Below are positions 25,001 to 35,644 of a DNA stretch of 64,000 nt, piece by piece; within the stretch, counting starts at the first letter, position 1, and every line of letters starts with the position of its first letter. The notes below the pieces were generated by a model. The model saw only the letters and a program-made list of their open reading frames with translations, was not told where the DNA came from and did no database searches. Origin of the DNA: Pocillopora damicornis. Lineage: Eukaryota. Location of the stretch: the NCBI RefSeq assembly GCF_003704095.1, contig NW_020846157.1, positions 62,001-126,000 of the forward strand, written 5' to 3'. A program made the translations under genes and the position numbers.

Positions 25001-28000
25001 TGAAATAAAGGTTATTTGATGGCAGAGTGCTACGGCGTATTTTTCGGTATGTTCGTAATCTTGAAAATTACCGGCGTTCTTAGCATTGTTATTTTCCTGC
25101 TGAGGTTTAAATCTAACAGCATGCAAAGCAATGTTCAAATGAGTGTTAAAAGACCTAATTGGCTCTTTGGGATATTTTCATTTGTCCTGATTGGGTCTTT
25201 GGGATATTTTCATTTAATCTGATCGGCTGTTTGTGATCACTTAGGTTAAATAACACCGCTTTTACCGCGAATTTTTCTGTAATAAAATTACTTCTGGTAT
25301 TTAAAATTAATCTTCTTAAAAGTTGTAATTTTTAGTGTCAATGAGTTGTATTTCAAATTCTGACTTAACCCTCTACATCTTCGGGAGGAATTGTTTGAGA
25401 ATCTAATGACGAGGACGCAGCGAATTATTTAGGGAGCTTAAGCACATCGTTTTTTAGACGTAGCAGCCGGAGGTTGGAAGTTCCCTTTCCTAGTTTTTAA
25501 TACGCCTTTTTGGTCAGCACAATTTGGGTTTAACCACGACCATACGGTCCTATATATTAGCGTAAAAGTCCGTCATAATTAGTTCTATTCTACCTCCGGT
25601 TGCAGTCTGCGTTTCAAAAACTACACTGCTTAAGTTCTCTAATGTTTTTTAGAGTTACTGAATAGCCTGCCTGGTTGGTGATTTTGTGTGCACTGTACGG
25701 TTTTCTGTTTCTTAAGCGATTAGCTGCTAACTCGGTGTTTAAAACCCTCTTTGTTTTTTTCCACAGCGATTTGCGTTACGACAGAGATGACGCGGCCATG
25801 TTGATGAATCAGTGCCTCGCTCTCATTGTCTCTATCGTAGTGTTTGTGACGGGAATCAATCACGTGACCAATGTACTGGTGTGCCGCTCTGTTGGGATTG
25901 TGTTGCATTATTTCCTGCTCAGCTCATTACTGTGGATCGGCTGTAGTGGAGTGTGTCTTCACAGACTGATAAGAACTGCTATTGAGCCTGAGGAATACAA
26001 CCCTGTGCTGAGATATTATATGATAAGCTGGGGTATGGTCGCTTTTACTGCTTTTAGTGTATTAACCCTTTAACTCCCATGACTGACCAAGACAGAATTT
26101 CTCCTTACAAGATCAATACAATATCAATACAATATCGCGTACATAAGTTATGAGAGTAAATGGAAATATCAACAAGGGGACTGTTAGTTGATACAATACC
26201 AAATTCCCCGAACCTACGTCATTAAAATCGTATGATTGACAGTAAGGAGAATCACTGATGAGATCATGGCAGTGATAGGGTAAAGGACGTTTAGCGGTGA
26301 ACCAATTCAATTCTTTGGAATCAAAAGTATAGACAGCTTTCATGAAGATATCTTTTGCTTGGAGATTTTCTCATCGTGGTTTTCCTCTTAGTTCGTTGTT
26401 TGTTGTCAATGCTGTAGCAATATTCTTCCTGGAATTTTGATGGAGTGTTTAGGTTATCGCACAAAATGAGTCACTGAAACCTTGATTTATGAGTGCTGTG
26501 GTCACTCACGTTCTTTTTTTTTAAACGAAGACACTGCAATCAAAGAAAACAGGCCAAGGAAATTTTGGAAACGTCCCCTAGAAATTATGAATCTTTACCC
26601 GTATAAAGCCCCCCTTTCATAGAACATCGATAAGATTTTTTGTTGTATTCTGGTCATTCATCCCTCTCTATGTTTTTTGTTTTGTTTTTGTTTTGTAGGT
26701 ATACCACTCATTATTTGTGGAATTACTACCGCCGGTAACCTTGATAATTACAATGTTGACGACTAGTAAGTATTTCAGAGTACAAAATTGCCAACAGTAC
26801 TTGATTTAATTCAAAAATTAAATCTTCACTAATTCTTTCTAGTGGTGTATTTTCGCCCCTTCAGTTTGATAGGTGTCGATTGTTAACTACAAAGAAATTT
26901 AATTATATTGCCACTTGATTTCGTTGTTGTTGTTTGTCTTTATATTCGTTTTTTGTTTATTTGAAGCCAATTTCTTTACTTTTTACGGGTTATGACAATT
27001 GGAGAAGAATTTGCGGATACCGAACGCAAGGCTTCGAAACACCGAAATTCTCTAGATTGCGTCGCTCGATGACGCCGAAGATCTAACCCTAGCTTTAAAC
27101 CCGTTTCAGGGGAATCGCGACTCGATTAGTATTTTTATCCTTCCTAAAGCACTGACATGGTATTCAATTATTACCGAGAAACTACAATCGGAAGAAAGGG
27201 TCGTGTCACTTGCCAATTTTTTAAGTTTTAGACAGATTGCCGCACCGCCCCTATTCGATTCCACCCACTCCCCAAAGCGGCTGTGTTTTGCTAATTTTTT
27301 CCCATCTTCTTTTTCTTTTTTTAATACCCAAGACTATGTTCTTATTTAATACTGAATTGGGGTATAAGAGGTAACATGATGTAATGAAGAATAATGTACA
27401 TGTTTAAATCACAGCTGTCTTTGAGACAAAGTGTCTCAACTACAATAGAAACTTACTGTAGATAACGATGATTTTGTATTGACCAAGTTTCTTTTCTCTT
27501 GCCCTGCAGTTGTTGGTTGAGGCTACATCCCTTTTATGGAGGATTTGTGGGTCCCGCATGTTTGATTGTGCTCATAGATTTGTTCGTATTCCTCCGCGTG
27601 TACAATCTGATGAAAATTACATATGAAACAACAGTTGCACTGCAAACCAGTCAAGAACACGATGCTGATATCACAGCAGAAGAAAACGCGCTCGTCATTC
27701 AAAGTGAACCTTTGGAAAATCAGGATGAGGTCGGTGATAACGTGGACAAATCATCTTTGCCAGATAAACACGAAATGCTTGATCAATTAAGGGGAAGCTG
27801 TATTATTTTATTGTTCATTATCGCCAGTGTGGTTGGAGGAGTCTTCATGATTCGTTACCAACATTCCCGCACCTGGTACGTTATACTGAGTTGCGTGTTT
27901 GCGTTGGCTCTGATTATTTTGGGGTTCCTTGTCTTCGTATTTTACTGTTACAGAAAGGAAAAGACTCGACTTTTCTGGAAAAAGTATTGTTGCAAATGTC

Positions 28001-29988
28001 AGTGCTTACCGAAAAAGGAATATCACTTACAACAAGAAAGTCCTCAAGCCTGCTCCTCTGATGAAACTTCATCGGCTAAAACGGCAGCTGAAACCGGAAA
28101 TGGAGCCGCAGCAGAATTCGCTGGGGGTGAAATTCATGGTGCTAAAAATCCTCTCTCGCCAGATGAAGATTCCCAGTCAAATGTGTCCTTGCCGTATTCA
28201 GCAGTCATTACCATCGAAAAGAAAGATTGTGTAACGGCAAAAGAAACTGATGCTCTAACTGACAAAGCACCATCAGTGTCAGATAAACAGTCATGTATCT
28301 CTGCTCCTCTTCCTCAGCCACACAAACCCCGAGGGCGGCTTCTTAAGCATCCGCCAGGACATCGACACAGCTATAGTGGAAACGTCCGTCTTCCTATTTC
28401 ACAAGAAGATCGTCGTGCACCTCTCGCCCCACCTGAGGGGACAGCAAGCTCCGTAGAATCAAGTGTTCAGCTGCCTACGGACACTGCCTCCAATGCTGCT
28501 CCATCTGAAGGCCGCACATCAGTACGTGACGAACAAGTCTGTGTGGAACCTGTGTCACGCAATGCTAATACGTCTTGTTCAGCGTCTGAAGCGTCTGTTC
28601 CAATAGAAATTCCGCCAATGAAAAGGAGACCTCCAGTCCCCGGATCCTCTTCTCAAGGCTCTGATGTAGCGCCCCCAATTCCATCAAAGAGAAATCGAAG
28701 TCCGCTCCCTGGTGTTCAAGCAGTACCCACATCAGCATCTGACACTCAAGATCTTCTCACTCATTATACAATTCCAGAAACCACAACCAGCATCCCGCGT
28801 GACATCCCACGTGATCATGTCGTAGTGCGGGAACGGTATCACATTCCATATGAACCACGGGCATTTTCGGAAAAACCACGTGACCATTACCAAATACTTC
28901 CTCTTCCCACGAGCAGGAGGGATCATTACGTATTACACCCAGGGCACGATCAATATCAAGGCCCACGAGGGCAAAATTTCGGTCATAACCCACACAATCA
29001 GTTACAAGTAGCACCTGATCATTTCAAAATACCCGAGGATCAGAATTTGGATCCGAGAACTTTTAATGTTAACCAAATACCAAGTCAGACCCAAGGCCAG
29101 ACCTTTTATCACCTTGCACGTGATCAAAGTCCCGCTCACAAGGTGCACGACCTTTATCAGATGGCACGTGACTTGGCATCTTCTCCCAGGGCATATGAGA
29201 ATTATCAAGTGCCTCAAGATAATGTGGGGCAAAGGTCACATGATCAGCCGCAGAGGTCACTTGAACTTAGTCACATACCTATCGACCCCAGTAAGCCACC
29301 AGAGCTATATCAGGGACCTCGTGATCACATACCACGAGACCAGCCGCCAGCTGATCGACCTTACGACCACCTTCCAGTTCCACTCGAGCAAAACCTTGTC
29401 CATAGTGATTCATCACAGAAAGGAGGCGAACAAAACATGGCACATGACAACATTCATGGACCATCGCCAGAACCCGTTGAAAGAGCGCACGATCAATATG
29501 CTGGAGAAGGACCGCGTGAGCAACCTCAGGCGTTACCATCCAGTGAAATTTCAACAACCGCGGATACAAGACCAGACGTCCCAATCGATAAAAATGGAGT
29601 CAGGTCTCAAAATGCTCCACGAGGCTCTCGTGATAAGCCGAACGGAATACATGTCTCTCGTCGGAGGTCACGCAATCCTTATCAAATTGCGCGTGACATA
29701 CATCATAATCTTGGTATTGAAACTAGAACATCGCGTCGGTCAAACCGTGCAGGAGCCGAACAACGATCACAATCTCGTAAAAATTACGTCAAAGACGTAC
29801 TATCAAGCCCAGGCGAAACGCCAAAAGAGCGAACTCCGCGGTCATCCATGTCTTCGTGGCGAGAAGAGCGACCTAAGCCCGCAAAGAAAGAGTGGGCCCC
29901 TGATATACCAAAAACTGCAGTATTTGTACCCATTCCGCACCTGAAGCCTCCTACGCCTGAAAAGCCTCGCAATGAAACAAGTGTTTGA
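13039..29988 (+). CDS. ADGRA: Adhesion GPCR of the ADGRA (GPR124/GPR125) family, 19 coding exons, ~1705 aa
   Basis: Exons: 13039-13238 (signal peptide + LRRNT CPPKCGC); 13468-13545, 14194-14265, 15581-15652, 16412-16483, 16729-16800 (LRR exons, mostly 72 nt, phase 2); 18804-18973 (LRRCT NPLICDCNLKW); 19258-19823 (Ig + HRM); 20709-20858, 22008-22102, 22707-22929, 23379-23550, 23968-24026, 24458-24503, 24582-24697 (GAIN/GPS); 24780-24922, 25767-26032, 26699-26765, 27510-29988 (7TM + tail). All introns are GT-AG and the frame is continuous (5118 nt). Ends in PDZ motif ETSV. Confidence 0.93.
17358..17765 (+). CDS. Possible nested intronic ORF (135 aa, amphipathic/coiled-coil), unknown function
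   Basis: Uninterrupted ATG-TGA ORF inside ADGRA intron 6, which is very AT-rich. Good Kozak-like context (gctATGG), heptad-like hydrophobic periodicity, basic C-terminus, and AATAAA near 17928. It is not part of the ADGRA frame. Confidence 0.4.
   Translation: MEKIEGIYNGQWYVVCDLNKALEELVKILNVMKKAVKFITVQAEEGNMSNEGLAKMVITLTYTMTRIEDNVNKLVQFMRQLILTFDKVILLMHNNLKAEHEAVKDMLNKVVQPYNHQLSDSTKHLVKKKKTKSQQ
18540..18715. mobile_element. Degraded copy of the palindromic Penelope-derived repeat
   Basis: tcaactgagttg...aaattggctacc...gctgacatt / aatgaagggctaatgcttggaatgtcagc...ggtgaccaattcacattatcaa. Confidence 0.6.
20965..21184. mobile_element. MITE with long terminal inverted repeats; a related degraded copy follows at ~21197-21420
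   Basis: aatagtccattttacagttgtgtgcttagttgccaagcctttga at one end and tcaaaggcttggcaactaagtacacaactgtaaaatgacctatt at the other are near-perfect inverted repeats. Confidence 0.8.
21477..21626. mobile_element. Small palindromic MITE (GGATA/TATCC internal repeats)
   Basis: Inverted ends ccagagcccagttgttt and aaacaacagagccagg, with repeated tatccac/gtggata motifs inside. Confidence 0.55.
22238..22352. repeat. Degenerate (AAT/GAT)n microsatellite
   Basis: aataattataataatgataataataataaaagtaacaatgatg... Confidence 0.8.
25430..25640. mobile_element. MITE (AGGGAGCTTAAGCA-type termini)
   Basis: Inverted ends tagggagcttaagcac...gcagccggagg and cctccggttgcag...tgcttaagttctcta. Confidence 0.65.
26062..26284. 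mobile_element. piggyBac-like MITE (TTAA-CCCTTT...AGGG-TAAA); degraded relatives at ~14836-15025 and ~19930-20117
   Basis: ttaaccctttaactcccatga at one end and tcatggcagtgatagggtaaa at the other: inverted termini with TTAA-like target sites. Confidence 0.6.
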
Positions 29989-31663
29989 GCTATGCTATTG
30001 TTATACACAGTAAGCTCAAGGTTAACTGTCGGTGGTGGAAAACTGGAAACGTTTCTCCGATAGAGTTTCCCATGCACCTGTGGAAGTGCATCGAGGGGTT
30101 AAACTGAAGGAAACAGGCTCGCTACACAGTGGATCAGTTAACGTAACGAGTATTTTGTTCTAATTCCTCATTTGAACAAGTATGTCGGGCGGTGATGAAG
30201 GTCATGCAAAATTATTTCTAGTTCGCAAGAAAACNNNNNNNNNNNNNNNNNNNNNNNNNNNNNNNNNNNNNNNNNNNNNNNNNNNNNNNNNNNNNNNNNN
30301 NNNNNNNNNNNNNNNNNNNNNNNNNNNNNNNNNNCATTGGTGTTCGAGAAAACCGCGAGAATTATCTATCAAATGTTACAAGTATTCACTTTGTGAAAAA
30401 GTGTCATTAAATGCTTTTTTATTTCAACCTGTCAATTGTTCAGTTGTCTGCCTCTTGTCAAAGTTTGCTAAAGATATTAAAACGATATCCTGAATGGTTC
30501 AGTGAGAGAAGAAAAAAACAGAGGTAACAATACACCAGGAAGGAATATTAATGGATGAAATTGGGAAAGATCTAGTTGTTAAATGATGAACTCAAAAAAT
30601 CTAGAAACTTCGAAAATTTCAGCTGAGATCTTCTGCCTCATCTTAATAGGGTGTGGAAGAGTCAAATGGTGGCTAGATTCAATTTTATTTTACCCAGAAA
30701 CTTTTCAGTTATGAATTAATGTGCTTACAAAAACTAGCTCATAACTCAAGTAAAGACTACCCCTACTCCTCAATTTTCAACTGCCAAGCATTGCTCGCGC
30801 TCTGCCCGTCTTCATTGAGCGAGAGCGCCTGGAACGAATTACAGGGCAAGTGAATTGAAGATGTTTTCATCCCAATTCAACTTTGTCTGCGATTCATGAG
30901 TAAACAAATCCACGGATAAGTGTATTATATTTGTTGATTTGGCTCGTTGGAGAAAGCCAAGTCAACGTGTTTTGTATGACACAAGTCGTGCGATTGTACT
31001 CTGATAGATCATGGGCAGCACCCAAGCACAACCTGTATGGTACACCTGTACTCAGTTTATGGTAGAGACAAAACTCGGCATCTCCTGAGGTATTGAGAGA
31101 GATAAGAAATTCCGGAGCCTTCTATTTGGGTTATTGCTTGAGGATCATATGAAGAAAACTGGGCGAACTCTCGTTAAGCGCCAAGAGAAATCACAGAAAT
31201 GAGAGAGGAAACTAGCTAAGAGGGATGGGTCAGGGGGCTTGTTCGGTCGCTTCCTGTGCTCTTGGTTAATCTATCTTTTGTTTTTTTACGTTTAAGAAGA
31301 TTATTCTACGTGTAGCTCATAGGATAATTTGGTTTAATCAGTTGAGTTGACATATGATTGTGAATTGGCCACTGTAAGAGTTTTTAAAGCTGACGTTTCG
31401 ACAGTAGACAGAGCGACTTCAACAATGAAAAGGATACCGTAACCTTCAGGATGGTTCAATTAAACCACAATCAACAAAACTCAATTAGGTTACATCACCA
31501 ATGCGGAGTCGGGGGAAGCGAGAGGACAAATGGGAATCATTTAAATGACTTGTTTCCTTATCANNNNNNNNNNNNNNNNNNNNNNNNNNNNNNNNNNNNN
31601 NNNNNNNNNNNNNNNNNNNNNNNNNNNNNNNNNNNNNNNNNNNNNNNNNNNNNNNNNNNNNNN

Positions 31664-33942
31664 AGATTAGCTAAGAGCACAGGAAGCGACCGAACAAGCC
31701 CCCTGACCCGTCCCTCTCAGCTAGTTACCTCTCGCATTACTGTGGTTTCTCTTCGCACTTAACGAGAGTTCGCCCAGTTTTCTTCCTATGATCCTCAAGC
31801 AACAACCCAAGTAGAAGCCTCCGGAATTTCTTATTCTTCTCAATACCTCAGGAGATAACGAGTTCTGTTTTTATCACAAACTGAGTACAGGTGTATCATG
31901 TAAGTTGTGCTTGGGTGCTGCCCATGGTCTATCAGAGTACAATCGCACGACTTGCGTCATACAAAACATGATGACCCTGCTTTCTCCGATGAGCCATATA
32001 TATGGATAATATATAATACACATTTTCCACTATATATACACTTTTCCGTGGCTTTGTTTACTCATGAATCACAGGCGAGGTCGAATTGGGATGATGATGT
32101 TCGAGACACTTGCACTGTAATTCGTTCCAGCTGCTCTCGCTCACTGAAGACGGGCAGAGCGCGAAAAATTGAAGAATCGAGGTAGTCTTTACTTGAGAAG
32201 ACAAAGGCTAGTTTTTGTAACAACATTCTTAACTGGAAAGATTCTCGGTAAAATAAAATTGAATCTAGCCACCATTTGACTCTTCCACACCCTATATTCC
32301 TTCCTGATATATTATTACCTCTGTTTTTTCTTCTCTCACCAAACTTTTCTATTGTCTCATTCCAGAAGATCGTTTTAATATCGTTAGAACACTTCGACAA
32401 GGGGCAGACAAGTGAACAATTGACAGGTTGAAATACAAAAGCAGTGAATGACACACTTTTTTCACAAAGTGAATACTTACAACATTTGATAGATAATTCT
32501 CGCGGTTTTCTCGAACACCAATGCATAATTTATAGTGTTTCCACAATCGTTACACCTAAAGAAAATATCTCTACACTAAGAGAGAAGATAGTTTCTCTCC
32601 TTTACACATTTGAACGCAGTTTCAAACTGAGGAACATCTAACTGTCAAATCAGACTCCGTTCTGTCCGCCAACGTTATCAATTCATTGAAAGACACGTCT
32701 CAAACAATTCTATGATTTACACGCGCCGCTTATTCCGTTGTCTAAATGACGCTCTTAACTTGTTAAAAAATATATATTTCCAAACAAGTAAACAAGTACT
32801 ATTCCAAAAGACTTCACGACACGCCTATTTACAGCTTAAAACACTCGCTCATGAACATGCACAAGCATGATCATTTAAATAACAATTACCGATACATCGG
32901 TGAAAGCTTGCACTGACTACTATAAGATAGGATACGTAGGCCTATATCGACACTTCATACCTCTCTACCTCGTAATACCTCTAACTTAATTCTCGTGCAA
33001 AATAAGACGCGGTAACAACATCATTGACACACTCGGCTGCACCTTGTGTGTCATTTCTTTTGTTCTTTGGGTAGTTTAATGTTATCAACTGAGTTGAAAA
33101 CGTAAATTGGCCACCATAAAGAGTTTAAAGGTTGACGTTTCGAGCATTAGCCCTTCGTCTGAGCGACTGGCGAAGGGCTAACGCTCGAAACGTCAGCCTT
33201 TAAACTCTTTACGGTGGCCGATTTACGTTTTCAACTCAGTTGATAACACTGAATTACCCCATTATACTCTCCAACCGACGCAGTACCACAATTTCTTAAG
33301 AAACTAACCCCCTTTATTTCTTTGTCTTTTGTTCTTACCACACTTACTGCAGAGACGCAAGCAAATAGATCTATTTGTTAAAGACATAGCGAATAGCGAA
33401 ACCAATCAGATTGCAACACCTATGTTATATCGCTAGTAGATTGCTACTGACAGGTATTATTCCCAGGTTCAGATTGAGACCTATGCTATATGGAACAACT
33501 CTGAATAAAACTATTAAGTTCTCACGCGAACTAAAAATAATTTCGCATGACCTTCATCATCGCCCGACATGCTTGTTCAAATGAGGAATTAGAACAAAAT
33601 CCTGGTTACGTTAACTGATCCACTGTGTAGCAAGTCTGTTTATACTTCAGTTTAACCCTTCGATGCCCTTCCACAGGTGTATGGGAAACTGTATCGGAGA
33701 AACGTTTCCAGTTTTCCACCTCCGGCAGTCAACCGTGTGCTTACTGTGTATAACAGTAGCATAATTCAAACACTTGTTTCATTGTGAGGCTTTTCAGGCG
33801 TAGGAGGCTTCAGGTGCGGAATAGGTACAAACACCGCAGTTTTTGTTATATCTATCCACTCTTTCTTTGCGGGCTTAGGCCGCTCTTCTCGCCACAAAGA
33901 CTTGGATGACCGCGGAGTTCGCTCTTTTTGCGTTTCGCCTGG
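31664..33942 (-). pseudogene. Inverted duplicate of the ADGRA 3' end (last ~58 codons, 3'UTR and downstream DNA)
   Basis: 33942-33525 is the reverse complement of 29809-30226, and 32524-31664 is the reverse complement of 30335-31270, with many substitutions and indels. It encodes PGETQKERTPRSSKSLWREERPKPAKKEWIDITKTAVFVPIPHLKPPTPEKPHNETSV*. Confidence 0.9.
33070..33318. mobile_element. Best-preserved palindromic Penelope-like-element terminal repeat, with two opposed hammerhead-type cores
   Basis: ~190-bp hairpin: gggtagtttaatgttatcaactgagttgaaaacgtaaattggccacc...gacgtttcgagcattagcccttcgtctg / ctggcgaagggctaacgctcgaaacgtcagc...ggtggccgatttacgttttcaactcagttgataacactgaattaccc. Confidence 0.8.
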
Positions 33943-35644
33943 ACCTCAGAAAGAAAGAATTTCCGAGAGTTTGAAACAGATTTATTTAACGTTAAATCAA
34001 AGTGGATATCAACATGAATTCAAGAAAAATCTGGAACGGAATTGGTCAAAAATCACACCAGCCTTTATTTGTTTGTTCGAAATTTACAAAGGGGTTTTAT
34101 CGAGCAAGGGAAAATGTTTGTAATTGTAGATCAAGAAAGTGTTGCTGTTGAATTCAATTCAAACTTAAAGCAGCAGCTGTAAAATCAATTGTTCTTAGCA
34201 CTCTCGACAACATATGAACGCTTCTTTTTATTCGTATCGATTTTTACACCGCATTATAATATCTGTAAGGTACATCTAGACGTAGATCCTATGTTTCCAC
34301 ATGCAAAAACTAGAGCGGCGGAAGGTAGAAGAGGGTTTTTAGACTGGTTAATTAATAAATTTTCATTTCTACTGGAGGCAGTTTCTGCAGCCAAGCAAGT
34401 GGCGACTTAACATTTATTATTTCACCTCTGGTTTCAAATTAAAACGATTAACTCGACTGAGGGTCATAGACATTCTCTTTTGGTGTTTCGAACTCGCTGA
34501 CCACCGTGCTTTCGTGTCCACCCAGTTGGGCTAAAGAGTTCTACGGACTATCTGCATCGAAGAGCCTTAAAATACAGGTTTTCCCGTCGGAATGATTGAT
34601 TACTCGTTTTCCTTCAAGCTGAAGTTCAACATCCTTTGCAGCTGTGGATAGAGGGTTGCAGATAATCGGTGTGGATAATATCTTAAACCGTTTTAAATAG
34701 TTCAAGCTATTATTTGCGTGACAAAGATTTTAATTTACCTTGATTTTTCAAACAAATATTAAACAAACTGCTCAAGGCCAGTTTTACGAATGAAAGACAG
34801 CCGAATTCACCGGAACATGAAGATTGCTCGGGATGACAGAGCCGTAAAACCCGGTTGCAGTGACTGATGTGGCCTTCACTCAACGCACTCGAAGGGCATT
34901 CGATGTAATTTCTGAGGCTTGCTTCACTAGCGATCTCCGAGCTAGCCACGTTGGACCTCCGCATGTTCGCAGTCGCTCTGACACCGTCATGATTAGTATG
35001 AATTATAACAGTTATGCCACTTTGGCTATACTTTTTATCAATCCTGTTTTGTTCTGTTTTGTTCTTGAACTCGAACTTTATATACTATACGAGTGTTAGC
35101 TGTGTTTGAATTTTATTACCATTCGTAAGCTTGCAATCTAAATGAGCGTGAAAACCTTCAAAACTCGGACTGTCCATTTCGTTTTCTCTTGGAGGGTTTT
35201 CGTCTCTGCTCATGTTATAATAACGTCAATTACGGCGCTTGTCATGTTTATAAACTTTTGTTTGGTTGTTCTGTTGCTACTTGCCGGCTCGCTTGTTTCG
35301 AAATTTCACTTTCAATTAACAAAAAAAAGCTAGAGAAAAGTCCCCGGAAAAGTAGGACATAGTCCATTTGGCAGATGGCGTGACAGCTTTAGCTCAGCTC
35401 TATGATCTATACTCTCATAGAGCACGCTCTTTCGACTACAGCACGCGTTATATCCGAACTTTATTGTAAAAGAAAATGGGATACTTGTTCGCACAAATTT
35501 CCAGTCATAAAACTGATAAACGGACGTTTTCTGGCTTTTTCAAGGCTAAGATGTTGTTATGGTAACCTAGTGATCACGATGGAAATGTCATCCCTAATCT
35601 CTTCTTCTCTGTAAAGAATTCATTAGGGGTGGGGATGGGAGGAG

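Noticed and set aside
32062-32526. 154-aa minus-strand ORF
   Set aside because: It lies in the duplicated non-coding ADGRA downstream region, and the parental copy (30335-30900) has stops in the equivalent frame.
34425-35000. CpG-richer stretch with apparent minus-strand splice sites
   Set aside because: No frame gives a recognisable stop-free protein, so it cannot be supported as a gene or TE.
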